A stretch of DNA of 64,000 nt from Endomicrobiales bacterium (GTDB lineage Bacteria > Elusimicrobiota > Endomicrobiia > Endomicrobiales > JAFGIL01), in NCBI GenBank assembly GCA_016929635.1, contig JAFGIL010000047.1, positions 13,606 to 77,605 on the forward strand, read 5' to 3'. Under the pieces are notes generated by a model, which was not told the DNA's origin, did not search any database, and worked only from the letters and a program-made list of their open reading frames with translations. Positions 38,875 to 47,636 of this stretch are shown in pieces. The position numbers and the translations under genes were made by a program. Numbering within the stretch: position 1 is the stretch's first letter; every line of letters begins with the position of its first letter.

Positions 38875-40026
38875 ATGAGCAGAAAAAGGAAAATACTGAT
38901 TGCGTTTGGAACAAGGCCTGAAGCCATCAAGATGGCGCCCCTTATTGAACAGTTTAAAGCTTACAGGTCAAGATTTAATGTTAAAGTTTGCGTTACAGCA
39001 CAGCACAGGCAGATGCTGGATAGTGTTCTTGATATATTTAAAATAAAGCCGGATTACGATTTAAATATCATGCAGGAAGGGCAAAGCCTTTACCACATTA
39101 CCTGTGAAGCCTTGAAGAGAAGCGAGAAAATACTTGAAAAGGAAAAGCCGGATCTTGTTTTGGTTCACGGAGATACTACTACCACGTTTGCGCTAACTTT
39201 GTCTTCATTCTATCAGAAGATACCTGTCGGGCACGTTGAAGCGGGATTGCGTTCCTATGATAAACACCATCCGTTTCCCGAAGAAGCAAACAGGCTGCTG
39301 TCCGATTCATTGTGCACTTTGCATTTTGTTCCGACACGAACCGCCAAAAAAGCCTTGATTAAGGAGAATATCGATAAATCCAGTATTTTTATTACCGGAA
39401 ATACCGTGATAGATGCGCTGCATATGGTTCTTTCAAGAAAATACAGCTCTTCGAACATACACTTTCTCTCTTCGATTCCCAGTATTCTTGTGACTGCGCA
39501 CAGGAGAGAAAACTTTGGTAAACCGTTTAATAATATTTTTAGAGCGTTAAAGCGGGTTGCAGAAAAATATCCTCAAGTAAATATTATTTACCCCGTACAT
39601 ATGAGTCCGAATGTTCATGGGCCGGCACATAAGATTTTGGGCAAGACTAAAAACATAATACTTTTTCCTCCTGTAAACTACTGCGACCTGGCAAAGTTTA
39701 TGGAATCGTCTTATTTTGTAGTTACGGATTCAGGAGGCTTGCAGGAAGAAGCCCCCTCTTTGGGAAAACCTGTGCTCGTTTTAAGAAAAGTTACTGAAAG
39801 GCCGGAAGCTGTCAATGCTGGTACGGTAAAAGTGATAGGAACGGACGAGAAAAAAGTTTTTAAAGAAATTTGCAGGTTAATAGAAGACAAAAAAGCTTAT
39901 AATAAAATGGCCAGGGCCGTTAATCCCTACGGGGACGGCAAAGCGGCAAAGCGAACTATTGAAGCAATTATGTACTACTTTGGATTCCGTTCTGCACGGC
40001 CGGATGAGTTTTCGGCAAAACCCTAA
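38875..40026 (+). CDS. wecB: UDP-N-acetylglucosamine 2-epimerase (non-hydrolysing)
   Basis: FGTRPEAIKMAP, VHGDTTT, HVEAGLRS, PEEANR, TAHRREN, TDSGGLQEEAP, NPYGDG. Confidence 0.97.
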   Translation: MSRKRKILIAFGTRPEAIKMAPLIEQFKAYRSRFNVKVCVTAQHRQMLDSVLDIFKIKPDYDLNIMQEGQSLYHITCEALKRSEKILEKEKPDLVLVHGDTTTTFALTLSSFYQKIPVGHVEAGLRSYDKHHPFPEEANRLLSDSLCTLHFVPTRTAKKALIKENIDKSSIFITGNTVIDALHMVLSRKYSSSNIHFLSSIPSILVTAHRRENFGKPFNNIFRALKRVAEKYPQVNIIYPVHMSPNVHGPAHKILGKTKNIILFPPVNYCDLAKFMESSYFVVTDSGGLQEEAPSLGKPVLVLRKVTERPEAVNAGTVKVIGTDEKKVFKEICRLIEDKKAYNKMARAVNPYGDGKAAKRTIEAIMYYFGFRSARPDEFSAKP

Positions 40027-40056
40027 ACCCTATCCCAGATTACGCATCTGGGATGG
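40018..40056. repeat. AAACCCT x2 heptad remnant followed by a 9-bp perfect hairpin
   Basis: AAACCCT|AAACCCT (40018-40031), then ATCCCAGAT-TACGC-ATCTGGGAT (40032-40054). Confidence 0.5.
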
Positions 40057-40067
40057 CGGAGGAAAAG

Positions 40068-40409
40068 ATGATAGATAAATACAAAAAAGGAAGAAGGGTA
40101 TACACGCATTGGGACAAAAAGAGCGAGCAGGTGACTATTGTACCCAAAAAGAATAAGGAGCTTCCAGACGGGAACAAGTCAATTAAAATTGAAGTTCCTT
40201 CCTTTCTTGTTTCGGGCAAAAGAGTAAATTTTTTTGTTATTCACAGCAACAGAAATGAGTTCATTGTCGATTTTGGAGTTCAGTCAGTTCCAATGAATAA
40301 AGGAGATGCGGCTGAGCAGAATACAACAAATGTAAAAATCGTCAGCCGTGTAATTATGAGTCCCAGGCAGGCAAAGAAGTTCCTTTTAAAGCTGGAAAAG
40401 CAGTTATGA
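40068..40409 (+). CDS. DUF3467-like small protein
   Basis: EFIVDFG...KIVSRVIMSPRQAKKFL..L C-terminal motif; GGAGG RBS favours ATG 40068 over 40053. Confidence 0.65.
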   Translation: MIDKYKKGRRVYTHWDKKSEQVTIVPKKNKELPDGNKSIKIEVPSFLVSGKRVNFFVIHSNRNEFIVDFGVQSVPMNKGDAAEQNTTNVKIVSRVIMSPRQAKKFLLKLEKQL

Positions 40410-40924
40410 CGCAGAATTTATTTATTACGGGAAAACCCGGTTCCGGAAAAACCACTTTAATCAAAGAAGTCTGCCTGGCGCATCTGGAACGTTTAGGCGG
40501 GTTTTATACCGAGGAAATTAAAGAGAAAGACAAACGTTTGGGGTTCGTGCTTAAAACATTTGACGGACAGCAGGGAGTGTTAGCCAAAAAGGGAATGAAA
40601 TCCGGCGCAAAGCTGAATAAATACGGCGTTGACCTGGATGTTCTGGAGAAAATAGGAATAAGTTCTATAAAAAAAGCATTAAATGAAAAGGAAATTATAG
40701 TGATAGACGAGATCGGGTCAATGGAGATTTTATCCGATGAATTCCGCAATGTTCTTTTAGAGTGTTTTGGTTCCGGAAAAAAGGTTCTGGCAACGATACG
40801 TTACAAATCACAGCCATTTACCGATGAGGTGAAAAAAATGCAAAATGCTTCATTGGTCTTTGTCTCGCATGAAAATTATTTGGATGTAAAAAAACAGATA
40901 AAACAGTGGCTTGAGCAAAAGTAA
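40406..40924 (+). CDS. NTPase_1 / THEP1-type nucleoside-triphosphatase
   Basis: ITGKPGSGKTT, GGFYTEE...R.GF, KYGVD, IVIDEIG.ME; ATGA overlap with the upstream gene. Confidence 0.88.
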   Translation: MTQNLFITGKPGSGKTTLIKEVCLAHLERLGGFYTEEIKEKDKRLGFVLKTFDGQQGVLAKKGMKSGAKLNKYGVDLDVLEKIGISSIKKALNEKEIIVIDEIGSMEILSDEFRNVLLECFGSGKKVLATIRYKSQPFTDEVKKMQNASLVFVSHENYLDVKKQIKQWLEQK

Positions 40925-40954
40925 AGCGGTGCTTTTTAATACAGGGGGATTAGA

Positions 40955-41794
40955 TTGAACATAGCTATACCTAAGATCTGGTCCATAGTAATTATAGTTG
41001 TTGCAACTTATTTAATAATACTAGGAATTTTCTTTTTTCTTCAGTCCAGTTTTGTATATTTTCCATTTCGTGATGTAATAGCTGAGCCTAAACATATAGG
41101 TCTTTCATTTGAAAATATAGTGTTTAATGCATCTGACGGGATACGGCTTTCCGGCTGGTATATTCCCTGCAGAAAATCAAAGAGCGAATCAAAAGGCGTG
41201 CTTCTTTTTTGTCACGGCAACGCGGGAAATATATCGCACCGCCTGGATTCCATACAGACTTTTAATCATCTGGGGCTCGATGTTTTGATATTTGATTATA
41301 GGGGATACGGGAACAGCCAGGGCAAGCCGTCGGAAAAAGGGACTTACAGGGATGCGCAAGCAGCGTGGGAATACCTGACAAAAAACAGAAATATTCCCGA
41401 AGACAGGATTATTCTTTTCGGCAGGTCTTTGGGGGGGTCTATAGCAACCTGGCTTGCATCGAAGTATAATCCAAAAGCCCTTATAGTCGAGTCGTGTTTT
41501 ACTTCGGTAAAAGATCTTGGCTCCCAGTTGTATCCGTTTTTGCCTGTAAGGTTGCTGTCAAAGTTTGATTATAACACCAAAGAATATCTAAAAAGTGCAA
41601 AGTGCCCTGTTTTGATTATACACAGCAAAGATGATGACATAATTCCGTTCAGTCACGGCAAAAAGCTGTTTGCTGCAGCGAATGAACCGAAAGATTTCCT
41701 TGAAATATCAGGTTCGCACAACGAAGGATTTATAATATCGGCAGATAAATATGAGAAAAAAATTGATTCGTTTATAAATGAATATATAAAATAG
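40955..41794 (+). CDS. Membrane-anchored alpha/beta hydrolase (ABHD13/17-like)
   Basis: HGNAGNI, DYRGYG.S.G.PSE.G, GRSLGG nucleophile elbow, HS.DD.IIP, GSHN. Confidence 0.9.
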   Translation: MNIAIPKIWSIVIIVVATYLIILGIFFFLQSSFVYFPFRDVIAEPKHIGLSFENIVFNASDGIRLSGWYIPCRKSKSESKGVLLFCHGNAGNISHRLDSIQTFNHLGLDVLIFDYRGYGNSQGKPSEKGTYRDAQAAWEYLTKNRNIPEDRIILFGRSLGGSIATWLASKYNPKALIVESCFTSVKDLGSQLYPFLPVRLLSKFDYNTKEYLKSAKCPVLIIHSKDDDIIPFSHGKKLFAAANEPKDFLEISGSHNEGFIISADKYEKKIDSFINEYIK

Positions 41795-41809
41795 GTTTGA
41801 GAGGTTTCA

Positions 41810-42205
41810 ATGCTGAAAAATAAACTAAAAAAATTAAAACCAACTTTCAATCAGGTTGATCCGTCTTTGCTGGAAGTTATGCCCTATGAATATCCGGGAA
41901 AAAGAATAGAGCTGAACATAGAAACAAGCGAATTTACGTGTCTCTGCCCCTGGTCAGGCCTTCCTGATTTCGCAAATCTTGTTATACGCTACGTCCCTAA
42001 CAAGAAAGTTATTGAGTTAAAATCCTTAAAATACTATTTACATTCATACCGCCAGGTCGGGATAGTGCATGAAAGTGCGGTAAACAGGATACTGAATGAT
42101 TTGGTTAAAGTCTGCAAGCCAAAAGGCATGACAGTGGAGTTAGCTTTCAATATCCGCGGCGGCTTAAAAACAACAGTGAAGGCAGGTTACAAAAAAAATG
42201 TTTAA
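41810..42205 (+). CDS. queF: NADPH-dependent 7-cyano-7-deazaguanine reductase (type I QueF)
   Basis: EFTCLCPWSGLPDFA (catalytic Cys/Asp), ELKSLKYY QueF motif, HE, RGG. Confidence 0.93.
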   Translation: MLKNKLKKLKPTFNQVDPSLLEVMPYEYPGKRIELNIETSEFTCLCPWSGLPDFANLVIRYVPNKKVIELKSLKYYLHSYRQVGIVHESAVNRILNDLVKVCKPKGMTVELAFNIRGGLKTTVKAGYKKNV

Positions 42206-43550
42206 AAAAATTCAGCATATTCATTTTGTAGGTATTGGCGGCTCGGGAATGAGCGGCATTGCGGAAGTTCTTCTAAATCTGGGGTACAAGATTACCGGCT
42301 CTGATTTAAAAAGAAGCGATGTAACCGACTATTTAAAAGCAAAGGGAGCAAAGGTTTTTATCGGGCACAAGTCTTCTAACATAAACGGGGCTAACGTAGT
42401 AGTTACCTCAACGGCTATAGGTACTGCAAATCCTGAGGTTAAGGCTGCTAACAGGAAAAAAGTCCCTGTAATTCCAAGGGTGGAGATGCTGGCAGAGCTT
42501 GCACGGTTAAAATATACAGTAACCATTGCAGGCACGCACGGCAAGACCACAACCACATCGCTTACTTCACTGGTTTTAGAGAAAGGCGGATTTGACCCTA
42601 CGATTGTTATCGGAGGCCGCCTTAAAAACCTGAAGAGCGGAGCGAAATTGGGGAAAGGTGAATATCTGGTTGCAGAAGCCGATGAGTCTGACGGCTCTTT
42701 TTTAAAGATTTCTCCTACAATAACTGTCATAACGAATATTGATAACGACCATCTTGATTATTACGGTTCTATCGAAAATATAAAGGATGCTTTTTGTAAA
42801 CACGCAAACAGCGTGCCGTTCTATGGATGCGCTATTGTCTGTACCGATGACCCGAACGTCAGGGAAATTATTCCGGACATCAAGAGGAAGTATTATACAT
42901 ACGGGTTAAAAGGAAATCCTGATTTTACCGTATCTGACGTGAAAAACATTGATTCGGGTTTTACTTTTAACGTCAGGTATAAGGGCAAAAAGCTGGGGAT
43001 GGTTACTTTAAGCGCGATTGGCGAGTATAACGTCCAGAACGCCTTGGCTGCTATAGTAGTGGGCATTGAATTAGGCATACCGTTTGACAAAATATCTTCG
43101 GCTCTGAAAAGTTTTGCAGGTGTCGGCAGGCGTATAGAGATAAAAGGGCAGAAAAAGGGAGTTTTGGTGATAGATGATTATGGCCATCACCCTGCAGAGA
43201 TAAAAGCAACTATAGGCGCTGTCAGAAAAAACTGGCCCGAGCGCAGGCTTATCGTACTGTTTCAGCCGCACCGTTATTCCCGCACAGCACATCTTTACAA
43301 CGAGTTCGCGCAGTGTTTCAATTTAGCCGATAAAGTAAAACTTATGGAGATTTATCCCGCAGGTGAAAAACCAATACCGGGGGTAACCAGCCAGCTGATT
43401 TATAAAAGTGTTAAAAAACACAGCAGGAATATAGAGCATTACAGCGGATTAGAGCTGCTCTTACGCCAGCTTAAATCGAATGATTTGCTTTTAACCCTTG
43501 GAGCAGGCAATGTTTGTCAGATAGGAGAAGAGATATTAAGAAGGATTTAA
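42198..43550 (+). CDS. murC: UDP-N-acetylmuramate--L-alanine ligase
   Basis: HFVGIGGSGMSGIA, AGTHGKTTTT, EADESDGSF, NIDNDHLDYY, DDYGHHP.E, FQPHRYSRT. Confidence 0.97.
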   Translation: MFKKIQHIHFVGIGGSGMSGIAEVLLNLGYKITGSDLKRSDVTDYLKAKGAKVFIGHKSSNINGANVVVTSTAIGTANPEVKAANRKKVPVIPRVEMLAELARLKYTVTIAGTHGKTTTTSLTSLVLEKGGFDPTIVIGGRLKNLKSGAKLGKGEYLVAEADESDGSFLKISPTITVITNIDNDHLDYYGSIENIKDAFCKHANSVPFYGCAIVCTDDPNVREIIPDIKRKYYTYGLKGNPDFTVSDVKNIDSGFTFNVRYKGKKLGMVTLSAIGEYNVQNALAAIVVGIELGIPFDKISSALKSFAGVGRRIEIKGQKKGVLVIDDYGHHPAEIKATIGAVRKNWPERRLIVLFQPHRYSRTAHLYNEFAQCFNLADKVKLMEIYPAGEKPIPGVTSQLIYKSVKKHSRNIEHYSGLELLLRQLKSNDLLLTLGAGNVCQIGEEILRRI

Positions 43551-44431
43551 CCGCCACAATTTCATCGTTAGTTTCTCACCTTAAAGTTAACGAGCCTCTG
43601 AAGAATCATACAACGTTTCACATAGGAGGCCCGGCAAAGTATTTTGTTGACGTATCCGAGAGAGACGAGCTTAAAAAACTTCACGATATATGCCTGCAAA
43701 ACAAAATTTCTTTTTTGATACTGGGCAATGGCTCCAATGTTTTAATAGGAGATGAGGGTTTTGACGGTCTGGTTATGAGGCTCAAGGGTGAGTTTAGTCT
43801 TATAACATCCAGCAGGAATGCCGTTAAGGTTGGTTCCGGAGTCCAGCTCCCCGTGCTTTTACAGAAGTGTTTAAAAAAGAACCTTTCGGGGCTGGAGTTT
43901 TTATCCGGCATACCAGGAACAGTAGGAGGGGCTGTGGTTGGCAACGCAGGCACAAAAGAGGGATGGATTGGGGACAAAGTCGTTGATGTAGAAGTGTTGA
44001 CAAATTCAGGCAGAATTGTAACTTTAAAAAGAAAGGATTTGAAGTTTTCCTACAGGAGTTCTAATTTAAATAATTATATAATAATATCAGCTACCTTACT
44101 CTTGAAAAAAGGCCAAAAAAATGATATTCTTAAAAAGATAAACGGATTGTTGCTGAAGCGCTCAAAAGAGCAGCCTTTAAACGAGTTTAATTCGGGCTCA
44201 GTATTCAAAAATCCCGAGAATAAAAGTGCCGGTGAGCTGATTGAAAATGCGGGATTAAAAGGTTTAAAGTTCGGCGGGGCAAAAATCTCCGAAAAACACG
44301 CTAATTTCATTGTAAATTTTGAGAATGCCAGAGCTTCTGATGTAAAGACACTTATTTCTATAATCCACCAGAAGGTAAAAGAAAAGTTCGGCATTGATCT
44401 GGAACTGGAAATAAAACTTATAGGCGTATGA
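43514..44431 (+). CDS. murB: UDP-N-acetylenolpyruvoylglucosamine reductase
   Basis: HTTFHIGGPA, LGNGSNVL, GIPGTVGGA..GNAG, QP...NSGSVFKNP, SEKHANFIVN; the only available start is a TTG overlapping the murC end. Confidence 0.95.
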   Translation: MSDRRRDIKKDLTATISSLVSHLKVNEPLKNHTTFHIGGPAKYFVDVSERDELKKLHDICLQNKISFLILGNGSNVLIGDEGFDGLVMRLKGEFSLITSSRNAVKVGSGVQLPVLLQKCLKKNLSGLEFLSGIPGTVGGAVVGNAGTKEGWIGDKVVDVEVLTNSGRIVTLKRKDLKFSYRSSNLNNYIIISATLLLKKGQKNDILKKINGLLLKRSKEQPLNEFNSGSVFKNPENKSAGELIENAGLKGLKFGGAKISEKHANFIVNFENARASDVKTLISIIHQKVKEKFGIDLELEIKLIGV

Positions 44432-44433
44432 AT

Positions 44434-44529
44434 CCAGCCCCATAGATTTTTGTTATGGTAACTGGATAATTGTATTTGAAAAAAGTACGTATTTTTTAAA
44501 AGATTTAAGTTTGTAATTAATGGGGCTGG
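44434..44529. mobile_element. MITE-like 96-bp element at the murB/ddl junction
   Basis: Perfect 10-bp terminal inverted repeats CCAGCCCCAT/ATGGGGCTGG flanked by the direct repeat ATGAAT (44428-44433 and 44530-44535). Confidence 0.7.
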
Positions 44530-45465
44530 ATGAATATAAAAAGCTGGCTTAAAAATAAAAAGATAGGCGTTCTTTACGGAGGATTATCAGCAGAGAGAGA
44601 CATTTCTATTCTGACAGGAAAAGCGGTTCTTAAGGCACTTAAGGAAGAAAAGTGTAATGTAGTCGGGATAGATGCGGGAAGGGATAGCGCATCCCAGATT
44701 AAAAGGAGCAGGATTGATTTTGCCTTTATTGCCCTTCATGGTCCATGGGGCGAAGACGGGACCATACAGGGAATGCTTGAGATAATGGGTATTCCTTACT
44801 CAGGATGCGGAGTTTTAGCCAGCTCTTTGGCTTTAAATAAAATTTATTCAAAAAGGATCTTTGATTCACTCGGCATACCTACTCCCAAATGGTGGGTTTT
44901 TAATAAAAAAAATTTCAATGCCAGATTTTTAACTTCACGTTTTCCTCTGGTTATTAAACCTGCTGCCCAGGGCTCGGCTATAGGAGTATCCCTGGTTAAA
45001 GACAAAAAGGGTTTAAATAATGCGGCAAGGCGGGCTTTCAGATTGAACTCTGAAATTATTGCCGAGAAATACATCGGCGGCACTGAAATAACGGTAGGTA
45101 TCTTGGGGGGCAGGGCTTTGCCTGTCATAGAAATAGTCCCTGAGGGAAGTTTTTATGATTTTAAGTCCAAATATAAACCCGGGCAGTCGAAACATATAAT
45201 ACCGCCCCGCTTGCCGAAGAGTGTTATTAAGAATGCCCAGCAGCTGGGTTTAAGGGCTTTTAATGCCCTGGGATGTAAGGCTGTGAGCAGGGTTGATATA
45301 ATAGTGGATAAAAGAAACAAGCCGTGGGTGCTGGAAGTCAATACCGTGCCCGGCATGACCGAGACATCCCTTCTTCCTGATGCTGCCCGTGCCTGCGGAA
45401 TAGGTTTTAGTAAACTGGTGCTGAAAATTATTGAATATTCTTTAAACACGGAGAGATACGGGTAA
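44530..45465 (+). CDS. ddl: D-alanine--D-alanine ligase
   Basis: GGLSAERDIS, LHGPWGEDG.IQG, VIKPA.QGSAIG, YDF.SKY, RVD, LEVNTVPGMT. Confidence 0.97.
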   Translation: MNIKSWLKNKKIGVLYGGLSAERDISILTGKAVLKALKEEKCNVVGIDAGRDSASQIKRSRIDFAFIALHGPWGEDGTIQGMLEIMGIPYSGCGVLASSLALNKIYSKRIFDSLGIPTPKWWVFNKKNFNARFLTSRFPLVIKPAAQGSAIGVSLVKDKKGLNNAARRAFRLNSEIIAEKYIGGTEITVGILGGRALPVIEIVPEGSFYDFKSKYKPGQSKHIIPPRLPKSVIKNAQQLGLRAFNALGCKAVSRVDIIVDKRNKPWVLEVNTVPGMTETSLLPDAARACGIGFSKLVLKIIEYSLNTERYG

Positions 45466-45529
45466 TAATGATGATGGCTTCAAATTATCAGTATTAATCC
45501 GTGTGTAAAATCTGTTGTAATCCGTGTTT
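45444..45529. repeat. ACACGGA/TCCGTGT-type imperfect palindrome overlapping the ddl 3' end
   Basis: AAACACGGA (45444-45452) pairs with TCCGTGTTT (45521-45529); right arm repeats ATCAGT, ATCCGT, ATCTGT, ATCCGT. Confidence 0.6.
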
Positions 45530-45535
45530 AATTAA

Positions 45536-46354
45536 ATGAGATTAAAAAATATCAGAAAACGTAAATTTAAAGTCAGGCCGCGTTCGCATCCGGTTATGCT
45601 GCGCTCAAAATTCAAAAGAGAGCGCACGTTTAAGATTAGAAAGTTATTTACAGCGGTTGTTTTCCTGGCAGTTCTTTCTGCATTAGGATGGGCCGGTTAT
45701 AAATCAATAAGTTATTTCGTTTTTGATACGGGTTATTTTGACATTAAGAAAATCGAAATAAAAGGGCTTAAGGACGTTACCCAGAGCGAGATAATGGCCC
45801 TTCTGCCGTTCCGTTTAGGGGATAATCTTTTTAAAGTATGGATTTCGGTTACCGAAAAAAATTTAAGGGAATGCAAGCCGGAGCTGAAGAAAGTTGATAT
45901 TAAAAGAAAGTGGCAGAGGCTTCTTATCAAACTGGAAGAACGAAAACCCATAGCCTGTTTGAATGTAGAAAACAGAAAATTTGGTATAGATGAAGATAAT
46001 ATACCGTTTCCTTTGCGCGGTGTCTGGGCCGGAGCGGAGCTGCCGGAAATAGTTGCAAAAGATACCTCTGAGAGAGAGGATATTTTAGATTTTATCGAGT
46101 TGTTGCTTTCTGAATCAAAAGATTTTTATGACAGTATTTCAAGATTTTATATAGAGCCCGGCAACAATATAGTTTTTGTGCTGAAAAACGATACAAAGGT
46201 TTATTGGGGCCCCGCTAAAAAAAGCAAATTAAAACCTAAGATAGAAAAATTACTGCAGGTAAAAGAAGAAGCAAAAAAGAAGTTTGCGGGCATAGAATAT
46301 ATCAACATGAATTATTTTGACGACGGGCGTATAGTCGTTAAACCGTCTAGCTGA
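45536..46354 (+). CDS. ftsQ: Cell division protein FtsQ/DivIB
   Basis: Basic N-tail, single TM, POTRA (IKKIEIKG...GDNLF...V.IKRKW..L.I.LEERKP), YINM; position between ddl and ftsA. Confidence 0.85.
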   Translation: MRLKNIRKRKFKVRPRSHPVMLRSKFKRERTFKIRKLFTAVVFLAVLSALGWAGYKSISYFVFDTGYFDIKKIEIKGLKDVTQSEIMALLPFRLGDNLFKVWISVTEKNLRECKPELKKVDIKRKWQRLLIKLEERKPIACLNVENRKFGIDEDNIPFPLRGVWAGAELPEIVAKDTSEREDILDFIELLLSESKDFYDSISRFYIEPGNNIVFVLKNDTKVYWGPAKKSKLKPKIEKLLQVKEEAKKKFAGIEYINMNYFDDGRIVVKPSS

Positions 46355-46390
46355 AAATAACCCAAGGGCAACTTATAATGAGAGGTAATT

Positions 46391-47623
46391 ATGTCTAAAC
46401 AGGAAATTGTAACGGGATTGGATATCGGCAGCAGCCAGGTTTCTTGCGTAATGGGAAAAAGGTCTCCGGAGACAGGGGAGCTTGAAATAATCGGCGGCTC
46501 GAAGCTGCCGTGCAAGGGAGTGAAAGGCGGAGTTGTAATTAATTTACAGGAAACTTCTTATGCTGTCGGCAAAGTTATAGAAGAGGTAGAGGAACAGACA
46601 AAAGAAACAGTCAGGCAGATATATTTAGGTATAAGAGGCAACCATATAGAGTCCGTGAATGAAAGGGGCGCATTGAATATTTCCCGCACGGACAAGGAAA
46701 TAACAGCCGAGGACGTAGCAGGTGCGGTAGAGAACGCAAAAACCATCAGATTGTCGCCCGATCGCGAGATTTTGCATACCATACCTCAGGAATTTTCTCT
46801 GGACCACCAGAGAGGCGTGCCCAATCCAGTGGGAATGGAAGGTACTTTTTTGGAAGTTGATGTGCATATTTTAATCGCATCATCAAGCCATTTAAGTAAT
46901 ATCTATAAATCCATTGCCCAGGCAGGTTTTGAGATAATCGAGCCTATTTACGGGCTTATGGCTGTAGGTGATTTGGTTATAACCCAGGAGGAGAAAGAGC
47001 TGGGCTGTCTTCTGGTTGATTTGGGAGGGCTGACAACAGGTCTTGCCATATATACCGAAGGGAGCATCCGTTATACAAAAGAACTGCAGATAGGATCTGA
47101 TTTTATAACACGCGATATATCTCATAGTTTGCGCACTTCTCTTTTAACCGCCCAGGGAGTAAAGGAGAAGTACGGCGTTGCAATGAAAAGCCTTCTAAAA
47201 TCCGACACGAAGTTTGATTATACGGGAGTTGACGGCAGGGCTGTCAGGACTGCAACCCAAAAACAGCTTGTAGATATTATTCAGCCGCGTTTGGACCAGG
47301 TGTTTGTGGCAATAGAGCAGGAGCTGAAAAACTCCAATTTGGCCGATACTATTATCCCCGGCGGAGTAATAATTACGGGTGGAGGCGCAAGGTTGAACGG
47401 AATGATTAACGCAACCGAGCAGGCGCTGAATTGTTCAGCCCGCATTGGCCTGCCTCAGGATATAGGCGGTCTGGAAAGCATTATTTCTGATCCGTCTTAC
47501 GCAACTTCCATAGGTTTATTGCGTTCGGAATTTTATAATGGCCCCGGATGGGCCCCGCACAAATTTTTAAGAGGGCCTTCCTGGTGGAAAAAAATCAGGG
47601 AATGGGTTGAGGAAACATTTTAA
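46391..47623 (+). CDS. ftsA: Cell division protein FtsA
   Basis: GLDIGSS, G.KGGV, P.GM.G..LEVD.H, LVDLGG..T, AQ.VKE.YG, GVIITGGGA. Confidence 0.96.
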   Translation: MSKQEIVTGLDIGSSQVSCVMGKRSPETGELEIIGGSKLPCKGVKGGVVINLQETSYAVGKVIEEVEEQTKETVRQIYLGIRGNHIESVNERGALNISRTDKEITAEDVAGAVENAKTIRLSPDREILHTIPQEFSLDHQRGVPNPVGMEGTFLEVDVHILIASSSHLSNIYKSIAQAGFEIIEPIYGLMAVGDLVITQEEKELGCLLVDLGGLTTGLAIYTEGSIRYTKELQIGSDFITRDISHSLRTSLLTAQGVKEKYGVAMKSLLKSDTKFDYTGVDGRAVRTATQKQLVDIIQPRLDQVFVAIEQELKNSNLADTIIPGGVIITGGGARLNGMINATEQALNCSARIGLPQDIGGLESIISDPSYATSIGLLRSEFYNGPGWAPHKFLRGPSWWKKIREWVEETF

Positions 47624-47636
47624 AAGAGGATAAAGA

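Noticed and set aside
41795-41809. preQ1 riboswitch upstream of queF
   Set aside because: Only 15 bp of intergenic space and no preQ1 stem or A-rich tail
44915-44950. ddl segment RFLTSRFP as a heptad-repeat-derived coding insertion
   Set aside because: Periodicity is too degenerate and this Ddl region is naturally variable
46351-46379. CTGAAA-17-TATAAT as an internal ftsA promoter
   Set aside because: The predicted start would cut into the GAGAGG RBS and the -35 is imperfect; too weak to call
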